DNA from: an uncultured Porphyromonadaceae bacterium
GTDB lineage: Bacteria > Bacteroidota > Bacteroidia > Bacteroidales > Muribaculaceae
Direction: 5' to 3'
NCBI GenBank assembly: GCA_947175295.1
Contig: CAMWMK010000002.1
Span: 11,290 to 75,289 of the forward strand
DNA length: 64,000 bases
The translations under genes were made by a program, and so were the position numbers. The notes beneath the pieces are model-generated. The model was not told where the DNA came from and did not search any database. It saw nothing but the letters and a program-made list of their open reading frames with translations. Of the stretch, positions 46,682 through 53,346 are shown piece by piece. Positions within the stretch are counted from its first letter, which is position 1; each line of letters opens with the position of its first letter.

Positions 46682-48157
46682 TTATTTAAGGAGTTCGAGG
46701 TTGCGTTCGGCGTTGGCGTTGCCGGTGGCTTTCTCAAAGTAGCGCTTCGCTGCATCGTAATCCTCCTCGGCTGTCGCAATGATGCCGAGTAGGTTGTATA
46801 CCTCGGGTGTATTCTCCGGTACCTTGTCTAATAGTTCTTTCGCACGCTCGTATTCTCCACGGTTGACGGCGGAAGTCGCGGCGTTGGTTATTGCGATCTG
46901 GTCGCGCGGATAGTATCTGAGGGCCGTCAGCATCACTTCGTTGAACTCATCGCTGTCTTCCGGATACATACGCGCTACGCGGTACATCTGGTTGAGCGAC
47001 ATTTTCTCGGGTGAAGTCTTGATTACATCCTTAAGCTGCACATCCGGCATCGGTTTTAGACGGGTATGTATGGCAAAGGTCGTGGCGCGAAGCTTCGGAA
47101 ACCATTCAGGAAGTATCTTGCTTCTATAGAGTGCTGCATATCTGGGATCTGTCTTGAGGAGCCATTCTTTGCGGTCCCACTGTTCGGGAGTGGTGGCCGG
47201 AGCATCGATGAGCTCAAGGAGATCCTTACGTTGCTGTTCGGTGAGTTCGTTGCTTTTCATTACCTGCTGGCGGAACTCCACCCAGTTTTCCGGCACGGCT
47301 GAATAGCTGGCGTTCTCCTTGGATAGGTGGTAACGGTCGGCGAGATATTCAGCGAGGGCTTTGCTTCGGCCTGTTGCAAGCTCGTCGTTGTGGGTATACG
47401 GCGACTCTGGAGAAGCGTATCCGCATATCTCAATTGCAGAGATCTCTACGTTGGGGTCGGAGAGGGCATACTGCACTGAGTCGTCGATCATCTGAATCTG
47501 CTGGCGGTTGTCGATGCGCTGGCCGTTTCGGCAGATGTAGGGGTTGACGTGTAGTTCCGTGCGGTCAACTTCAAACTGTACGCGGGCCCGTCCTTCGTGG
47601 ATCTGCACCGGGATTTCCTCCACTTCAGGGATAATCATGATGGATGTCATCTCCTTCACAGGGTTGTGGAAGATCACATAGGGGTCAGATATTGTCTCGC
47701 CTGCGCTCACGCCGCAGCCGCATTGGTCGAAAATAAATGCAACGCTTGAGCCAGGGGCACGCATCCAGTCTTCAAGTGGAATGCGTTCGGTATACCCGAC
47801 TTTCTGAGGCTGTCCGTTGTGGCGCAGAACTTCCTGACAGATTTGATGGCTGTCCATCGATTTGAAGTTGCGCAGCACACCGCGTTCATAGGATATGTGC
47901 ATGTTCCTGCCGTTGACGAGGACAGAGGGGAGTTGTTTGATTGTTGTGCTGTCTGTAGAAGTGACGACTGGAGTGATGAACACCTGCTCGTTTGACCGAA
48001 TCTTCAGGCTGTCGAGCAAGATGTCTGCGGAGACTGTGAGATAGTCTCCGTTGAAGATTATGTCTACGTTTTCCGTAGCGACCGTCTGCGCCATAGCGGT
48101 CGGAAGGCAGGCGAAACTGATGAATAGGCCCGCTGTTGACTTGATGAATGGGTTCAT
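46682..48157 (-). CDS. DUF3868-domain protein with an OmpA-like segment and C-terminal TPR repeats
   Basis: 491 aa with a signal peptide. The N-terminal DUF3868-like region is LTVSADILLDSLKIRSNEQVFITPVV...LPSVLVNGRN. The OmpA-like segment is CGYASPESPYTHNDELATGRSKALAEYL. The C-terminus is TPR-like. Confidence 0.7.
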   Translation of the reverse strand: MNPFIKSTAGLFISFACLPTAMAQTVATENVDIIFNGDYLTVSADILLDSLKIRSNEQVFITPVVTSTDSTTIKQLPSVLVNGRNMHISYERGVLRNFKSMDSHQICQEVLRHNGQPQKVGYTERIPLEDWMRAPGSSVAFIFDQCGCGVSAGETISDPYVIFHNPVKEMTSIMIIPEVEEIPVQIHEGRARVQFEVDRTELHVNPYICRNGQRIDNRQQIQMIDDSVQYALSDPNVEISAIEICGYASPESPYTHNDELATGRSKALAEYLADRYHLSKENASYSAVPENWVEFRQQVMKSNELTEQQRKDLLELIDAPATTPEQWDRKEWLLKTDPRYAALYRSKILPEWFPKLRATTFAIHTRLKPMPDVQLKDVIKTSPEKMSLNQMYRVARMYPEDSDEFNEVMLTALRYYPRDQIAITNAATSAVNRGEYERAKELLDKVPENTPEVYNLLGIIATAEEDYDAAKRYFEKATGNANAERNLELLK

Positions 48158-48173
48158 AGCGTTTTGGTCGAAG

Positions 48174-48794
48174 TTAGAAAATGTACATTATGCTTAGTCC
48201 GAGTTTTGTGATTCCGGCGTAGTTGGAGTTGCCGGAGTCAATCTTGGCCCCACATTCGTAGCAAGGATATTTGTCATACCATATATGATCGTATCCTACG
48301 CCGACTTCCGCTTCGATGTTCCAATGTCGGGATAGTATCCATTGGTAGCCGTAGGTAGCGCCGGCACCGGCATACCATCCCTGATATCTGGAGTCCTGGA
48401 CCCCTTTTCGAATGTTGTCTCCACCGAAGAATGCTCCAGGGAGAGGAATGTTGACATTGGAGGCGTTGAACTGGCCTCCCATTAGGTGCACGCCAAAGAA
48501 GTGGCCATTGAATTTGGAGCAGGTCCACCAGCGGAATTCGGGCATCACTGTCCAGTGCTTCGCCTTTCGGTCGCCGCTCTTAGAGTCGAAGGTCCATGGG
48601 TTGAGGCCGTATACGATCTGGAACGTATTTTTCGTTCCCACTCCAATTTCGATGCCAAGGTTGGGAGTGGTGGTTGCATCGTATAGGAGGTTGGTCTTGA
48701 CGGCAAACTCCTGTGCCTGGGCGGGAGCGCCGCCCAGAAGCATCAGTCCCGCGAAGAGGAGTCCGGCTCTTTTTGTCAGTTTGTTAGCTGTCAT
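48174..48794 (-). CDS. DUF3575-domain outer-membrane beta-barrel protein
   Basis: 206 aa with a signal peptide. EFAVKTNLLYDATTTPNLGIEIG...KHWTVMPEFRWW and the C-terminal aromatic residue match the DUF3575 pattern. DUF3575 followed by DUF3868 and Mfa1 is a common gene order. Confidence 0.75.
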   Translation of the reverse strand: MTANKLTKRAGLLFAGLMLLGGAPAQAQEFAVKTNLLYDATTTPNLGIEIGVGTKNTFQIVYGLNPWTFDSKSGDRKAKHWTVMPEFRWWTCSKFNGHFFGVHLMGGQFNASNVNIPLPGAFFGGDNIRKGVQDSRYQGWYAGAGATYGYQWILSRHWNIEAEVGVGYDHIWYDKYPCYECGAKIDSGNSNYAGITKLGLSIMYIF

Positions 48795-48896
48795 ATATGG
48801 AGTTGTCTGTTGTCTGTTCTTTTCTTAAGTCTTGTATCCTGTGTCTTAAGTTTTGAGTCTTGAGACTTGCGTCTTTGGTATCGGGGGGCATGAGTC

Positions 48897-50114
48897 TTAA
48901 TTATTCTCTGCTTCCATTCTTCTGATGAAGGATAGGAGGGAGGGGTATTTCAGTCCGTGGCTAAGGGCAATCTCCCTGATGGTCCCGCCATTGTTTTTGT
49001 ATTGTTCGATTGCGGAGCGGTATTTTTCCCATGCCGTCTTTTTTACGAGCTTGCCGTTTTCGAGCCTTATCATACCCTGCCCGTCGGCGAGTTCGGGGAC
49101 ATGCTTTCTGAGGTATTGGCGGAATACTTCGGGATTGAGTCCGAATTCCTTCGCCACTTCCGCCACCGCCCTGGGTTTGCTTCGGAGGCTTTCGATGGCA
49201 TCGCCGTATTTTGCCTCTTTACGACCTTGACGTTTTTCCCTGCACCATTGGTTGAGATAGTATTTTAGGCCGGACAATGATACGCCGGTTTCCTTTACGA
49301 TCTCGGCTAAAGTCTTTCTGCCTTCCTGATAAAGTTCAAGTGCACGAGCATAACGGATTTCTGTGCCTTCACGCGGGCCATAGAGCTGTCCGTTTCCGGC
49401 CAGACTTCCGGAAGTACGTTTATAAAGAGGTTTTTTTGCATCTTTGCGTCGCTTCGCCTTGCGTCGTATCGCATCGTGGTGATAGAAGCGCATGTGCTGG
49501 CCGAAACCACTGGGCGAGATACCGAACCGTTGGGCCACTTCCTCTATCGTGAGGTCGCTGTCTTTATACAGATCGACAGCCTGTGAGTACGCAGTCTGGC
49601 TTGTCTGGCGGGCTCCGCGTTTCTGACGGTCGGCAAGTCCGAGTCTGTTTCGGGTTGCTTCGCGTGTCGGGATGACTGAGGGATAGTGGACACGCAGCTG
49701 GGCTGCGAGTCCGGTGCCTGAAAGTCCGAACATGCGGGCTATCTGAGATATATTGAATTCTATATATGCTATGTCGTCGCAGGCCGCTATCGCGTCTTTG
49801 TATTTCCGGTGGGTAGCGTAAGACTGCCCTTTAGGCGATTTGATTGCGATACGCTCTTTCCCTTCAGGTATCGTGATGCCGTATCTCTTATACAGGAGAT
49901 CGCGATGATGACGACTAAGGTATGAGCTGAGAGCTATGGGTGTGACGCCGGTCTGTTCAGCTATCTCGCGAATGGATAGCTCTGAGTTGGTATAAAGGTC
50001 TACAGCAGCTTCGTATTTTCGTGCAATATCGAAGCTTCCGGCAGACGATTTCGTTCCCAACTGTTCCGGGAGCGGATTTGGCCTGACGACTGCGGTAGTT
50101 CCCATTATGCTCAT
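48897..50114 (-). CDS. Six-repeat helix-turn-helix protein; first gene of the pilus operon and a putative regulator
   Basis: Six ~55-65-aa repeats follow the pattern Y..A(I/V)..Y......(I/L).E(I/V)A...G(I/V/L)s...(L/F)..(Y/H)(L/M), for example YEAAVDLYTNSELSIREIAEQTGVTPIALSSYL and YSQAVDLYKDSDLTIEEVAQRFGISPSGFGQHM. The ORF-track start at 50153 is a TTG, and the first ATG is at 50114. Confidence 0.65.
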   Translation of the reverse strand: MSIMGTTAVVRPNPLPEQLGTKSSAGSFDIARKYEAAVDLYTNSELSIREIAEQTGVTPIALSSYLSRHHRDLLYKRYGITIPEGKERIAIKSPKGQSYATHRKYKDAIAACDDIAYIEFNISQIARMFGLSGTGLAAQLRVHYPSVIPTREATRNRLGLADRQKRGARQTSQTAYSQAVDLYKDSDLTIEEVAQRFGISPSGFGQHMRFYHHDAIRRKAKRRKDAKKPLYKRTSGSLAGNGQLYGPREGTEIRYARALELYQEGRKTLAEIVKETGVSLSGLKYYLNQWCREKRQGRKEAKYGDAIESLRSKPRAVAEVAKEFGLNPEVFRQYLRKHVPELADGQGMIRLENGKLVKKTAWEKYRSAIEQYKNNGGTIREIALSHGLKYPSLLSFIRRMEAENN

Positions 50115-50168
50115 AGCGATACTTGTATCTTCAATTAATAGTTTGATATTCAATTACTAAGTGCCTGA

Positions 50169-50198
50169 TTTTAATTATCTCTTATGAAGAGATAATTA
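50169..50198. repeat. Left inverted repeat of the candidate inverton
   Basis: The sequence is TTTTAATTATCTCTTATGAAGAGATAATTA. Its exact reverse complement occurs at 50471-50500. Confidence 0.9.
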
Positions 50199-50470
50199 GA
50201 TTTTATATCTGCCTGAATATCAATTAACTATTTTAGCAAAATTTTCGATTTGCTAAACAAATGCTAATTTACCCCATTTAGGGTGTTTTGTCTAAATTTT
50301 TGGTTTATAATAATTTGCAGGTTGTTTTGAGGCTAAAAATCGGTGATTAGCAAATTTATAAAAGCGAACTCTGCGATTTGATGTCAAATATGCGAGATAA
50401 TAAAAAAGAAAAAATTTTTTGTCGAAAAATTTGCAATATTTCAGTACTTTTATTAAATTTGCACACGATT
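50199..50470. promoter_or_regulatory. Candidate invertible promoter segment (272 bp) between perfect 30-bp inverted repeats
   Basis: The segment is AT-rich, bounded by 30/30 inverted repeats, and contains a consensus promoter at its right end. Confidence 0.6.
50430..50461 (+). promoter_or_regulatory. Consensus Bacteroidetes sigma-A promoter (-33 TTTG / -7 TAAATTTG) inside the invertible segment, currently facing away from the pilus operon
   Basis: TTTG lies at 50430-50433 and TAAATTTG at 50454-50461, separated by a 20-nt spacer. This matches the TTTG/TAnnTTTG consensus with the canonical spacing. Confidence 0.6.
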
Positions 50471-50500
50471 TAATTATCTCTTCATAAGAGATAATTAAAA
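50471..50500. repeat. Right inverted repeat of the candidate inverton
   Basis: TAATTATCTCTTCATAAGAGATAATTAAAA is the exact reverse complement of 50169-50198. Confidence 0.9.
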
Positions 50501-50662
50501 AATCCGGGTGGGAAATCATTGATTTTCAGCGGTCACAAATTTTTTTTCGCTAAACAATTCTACAGTATCCTCCTTTGGGGATGATGCTTTTTTATGTACT
50601 TATGGATATTCGGATAGACTTAGCTATTTTCTGAATGTCACTACATATATCTATATGATATG

Positions 50663-50693
50663 CGAAAGGCACGCCAAAGAGGCGTGCCTTTCG
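50663..50693. terminator. Hairpin terminator downstream of the T9SS LRR protein gene
   Basis: CGAAAGGCACGCC (50663-50675) pairs with GGCGTGCCTTTCG (50681-50693), giving a 13-bp stem and a 5-nt loop. Confidence 0.65.
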
Positions 50694-50814
50694 TGATTGT
50701 TAGGATGGAATGTCGGGGTCACTTAATGAGGGTCATGGGCTTTACATTCGATTTGATGATGTATAGACCTTTTGGCTCGGTATTGGGGAAGTCTTTGCTG
50801 ATACCGGACTTGCC

Positions 50815-52587
50815 TCAGTGTTTGATGTGTTTTTTGGTTGTGCCGTCGGAATTACGTATGATTGAGATACCCTTATAGGCATCGTTGACAACTCTTCCGT
50901 TGAGGTCATATCTGATGGCTGGAGACGTAAGGTTGCCGTCGATGGTTTCCACTGCAGCTCCAATTCTGTTCATGAATTTCTTCCAGTAAGCCTTGCTGCC
51001 GTATGCGTCTAATGATTCGTCAGGTACTATAAGGGTGGTGTTCTCAAACTGCCAGTCGGTGAAAGTCTCGCTGAAGACGGTAGGGGGAGTGATGGCACGG
51101 CATTCGAGCGTCTCGAGTTCATCGCCGGCGAATGCGTTGGGTTTGATTTTTGACATACCGGAGCCAAGAGTCACTGTCTTAAGGCTGTTACAGTCTGCGA
51201 ATGCTAAGTCTTCAATTACGGAAGTCGCGTCGGGAACGACTATTGATTCTATTGCTGTTCCACTGAAGCTGTATGAACCAATGGACTCCACATTGTTTCC
51301 GATTGTTGCGTTGGAAAGGTTTCCGCAGAACTGGAATGAAGCATTACCGATTGTCTTTACGGATTCCGGAATCTGAATGTCGGTAAGTTGTGTACATCCG
51401 AAGCACATATTTTCCGGTATAACTGTTAAAGCTGAGCTTAAATGCAGGGTTTTCAACTCTGTCATTTTATAGAAAGCTCCGCTGCCTACTTCCACAACAC
51501 TTTCCGGAAGAATGAGTTCCTCCATTGCTCCATTGCGTTGAAAAGCTTCGGATCCAATGGTTTTCAGACAGTCAGGGAAAGGAAAATGTATAAGTTTTCC
51601 CCATGCGCTATCATTCCAATTGAGATTAGAAAAAGCAGAAGCGCCAATTGACTCAAGCCCTTCACATCCTGTGACTTCATATAGAGCGTCATTTAGATAG
51701 AATGAGTAATCACCTATTGTTTTTACAGAAGCAGGAATATGGATGCTTTTGAGATTTACGCAAGATTCAAACGCGCGATTTCCTATATCAGTGACTTCTT
51801 GTCCAATGTAAGCTGATTCCATAGCTGCACAGTTAAGGAATACACCCTCATTGATATTGGTGATTGATTCTGGTAGATTTACTTCCAGAAGGTTATGGCA
51901 ACCACTGAAGCAATAATCGCTGATGTTTGTCAGATCGTCGTTGAAGTTTACAGTTTGAAGAAGGTAACATTCACCAAAAGCCGAATGACCGAGGTCTTTG
52001 ATACCGTTAGGCAAAGTTAGTTCGGTTAGATTTTGACAATTGAAGAAGCAACCATCTGGAATGGCGGTCAAGTTGTTGCTTAAGTGGATACTCTCAATCC
52101 AATGATCTCCAGAAAAAGCACTGTTACCCAAGGTGGTGACGGAATCGGGCATGTCAATGGAATGTAATGCCGTACAGTTCGAGAAGGAGTACCAACCAAT
52201 AGTAGTGAGACCATCATTAAAAACTACAGCTTCAAGACCATAGTCATTAAGAAAGGCACTTTCTCCTACAGATGTGATGTTCTGACCGAAAATCACCTTA
52301 GTCATGTTGGGATGATAGGCAAGGCCTTCCCATCCAATCTCTGTTATTTTCATCTCATATGCTCTCGGTTCTGTGTCTCCTTCCAAGAGATATACATGTT
52401 TGACAGTGTCTGGGATCGTAATCTCCCCAGACAGTTCTTCTGTAGCGCCTATAAGTCTACACTGGAAGTTTTCGTATGAGATTACCTCATACCTGAATGA
52501 GCCGACATCGAAAGTGTCAGCTGCCATAGGAATACTGGCGGCCAATAACGATGCGACTACTGTTAGTCCTTTAGCAAGATGATGCAT
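50815..52587 (-). CDS. BspA-type leucine-rich repeat surface protein with a T9SS C-terminal sorting domain
   Basis: 590 aa with a signal peptide. It has about 18 LRR units (for example IGNRAFESCVNLKSIHIPASVKTIGDYSF). The C-terminus IRYDLNGRVVNDAYKGISIIRNSDGTTKKHIKH fits the T9SS CTD pattern. Confidence 0.8.
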   Translation of the reverse strand: MHHLAKGLTVVASLLAASIPMAADTFDVGSFRYEVISYENFQCRLIGATEELSGEITIPDTVKHVYLLEGDTEPRAYEMKITEIGWEGLAYHPNMTKVIFGQNITSVGESAFLNDYGLEAVVFNDGLTTIGWYSFSNCTALHSIDMPDSVTTLGNSAFSGDHWIESIHLSNNLTAIPDGCFFNCQNLTELTLPNGIKDLGHSAFGECYLLQTVNFNDDLTNISDYCFSGCHNLLEVNLPESITNINEGVFLNCAAMESAYIGQEVTDIGNRAFESCVNLKSIHIPASVKTIGDYSFYLNDALYEVTGCEGLESIGASAFSNLNWNDSAWGKLIHFPFPDCLKTIGSEAFQRNGAMEELILPESVVEVGSGAFYKMTELKTLHLSSALTVIPENMCFGCTQLTDIQIPESVKTIGNASFQFCGNLSNATIGNNVESIGSYSFSGTAIESIVVPDATSVIEDLAFADCNSLKTVTLGSGMSKIKPNAFAGDELETLECRAITPPTVFSETFTDWQFENTTLIVPDESLDAYGSKAYWKKFMNRIGAAVETIDGNLTSPAIRYDLNGRVVNDAYKGISIIRNSDGTTKKHIKH

Positions 52588-52640
52588 AGTTAAACAAGTC
52601 TATCCGTAAAGCTCCCTAATCCGGATAAGTAAAAGTGAAT

Positions 52641-52962
52641 AAAAAACAACAGCGCGAGAGCCATTACCGTTGTTCGTCCATCACGTTGAGGCCTTCGCAT
52701 TGCCCGAATCAGTTGGACGAACAACCTGCAGAAGCCTCACGCTGGATATAATCATCTACCCACCGCAAGACGAGGCTATCCCCCGCCTTGCGATTGAATA
52801 CAAAATAATCCGCTTGGCATCTACCGGCTGCTTCATCCTTGACTGATTCTGAAAGTTGCGAAGTTTCAACGTGTCAAGAACGAGCGTCGAGTAAACGCTG
52901 TCTAAAATAAACTCTGCTGTCCCCACCCACTTGGCCCGAACCGGGCTTCTGCGAGCGGTCAG
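52641..52962 (-). ncRNA. Candidate ~320-nt structured leader or sRNA with its own promoter and terminator/antiterminator, upstream of the LRR gene
   Basis: A promoter lies at 52969-53000 on the minus strand. A 12-bp hairpin (52714-52725 with 52669-52680) has a 3' arm that overlaps the 5' arm of a terminator stem (52645-52652 with 52667-52674), which is followed by U6. No coding potential or RNA family was recognised. Confidence 0.4.
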
Positions 52963-52968
52963 CGTCTG

Positions 52969-53000
52969 CAAAGTTAGATATTATTTCTGTAAATACCAAA
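52969..53000 (-). promoter_or_regulatory. Consensus promoter (TTTG, 20-nt spacer, TAACTTTG) on the minus strand
   Basis: The plus strand shows CAAAGTTA at 52969-52976 and CAAA at 52997-53000. On the minus strand this reads TTTG-20 nt-TAACTTTG. Confidence 0.55.
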
Positions 53001-53247
53001 AAAAATTATAAAAAAATACAAAATGCCTACGGTTCTTTCATTTAAGCTATACATCTTCTATCCAGAGTCGGCATCCATACGCGACATAGTTACCTTACAC
53101 GCGCGCTGGCGGGCGGGGACCGCCCTCTCTTACAAAGCTCATCCCTTCGTAATAGAGCCTGGTCCCCAGGCGTCGACGCGCGTCCTTCCCCTAACTTTCC
53201 TCAGAGCTGGCATACGAATGCATCCTTCCCCCAGGTGTGGATAAAGG

Positions 53248-53278
53248 AAAGGCTGCCGCAAACCATGCGGCAGCCTTT
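53248..53278. terminator. Terminator hairpin downstream of nuoN
   Basis: AAAGGCTGCCGCA (53248-53260), loop AACCA, TGCGGCAGCCTTT (53266-53278). The stem is 13 bp, and the minus-strand transcript continues CCUUUAU. Confidence 0.7.
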
Positions 53279-53346
53279 CGGGGTAGTTTATGTAGAACTG
53301 TTATTTCTATCGGATAGATGTTTTGTTCATTCCGATTGATTATGGT

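Noticed and set aside
50292-50519. A 75-aa minus-strand ORF inside the candidate invertible segment.
   Set aside because: It is very AT-rich and its sequence is low-complexity (K/F/Y/N/I-rich). It crosses the right inverted repeat and has no recognisable motif. It is most likely non-coding promoter DNA.
52816-52851. The minus strand reads CAGAAUCAGUCAAGGAUGAAGCAGCCGGUAGAUGCC, reminiscent of the SRP RNA domain IV motif (GGUCCGGAAGGAAGCAGCC). Nearby, GGGGACAGCAG...UUUUAGACAGCG is vaguely like a tmRNA 5' end.
   Set aside because: There is no GNRA tetraloop in the right place and no complementary 3' strand forming the SRP helix. There is no tRNA-like T-arm or CCA end and no tag reading frame for tmRNA. 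The similarity is limited to short strings.
52914-52970. The plus strand reads CUGCUGUCCCCACCCACUU...GGUCAGCGUCUGC, loosely resembling the cobalamin riboswitch core (GC.G.CCCC.C.ACUG) and the B12 box.
   Set aside because: The upstream GGGAA/GGUG..AAUCC elements are missing and the B12 box match is poor. Nothing is encoded downstream on the plus strand for it to regulate, because nuoN converges there.
53191-53202. The minus strand reads GAGGAAAGUUAG, resembling the universally conserved RNase P RNA CR-I motif GAGGAAAGUCCGG. It is followed in the right order by weak look-alikes of GUAAGAG, AGAUG and GAACC motifs.
   Set aside because: The candidate would be only about 200-230 nt. The P4 pairing partner is absent: the 3' side reads GAACCGUAGGCAU, which cannot pair with AAGUUAGG. 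No promoter is visible. I therefore do not call it rnpB. An Infernal scan would settle it.
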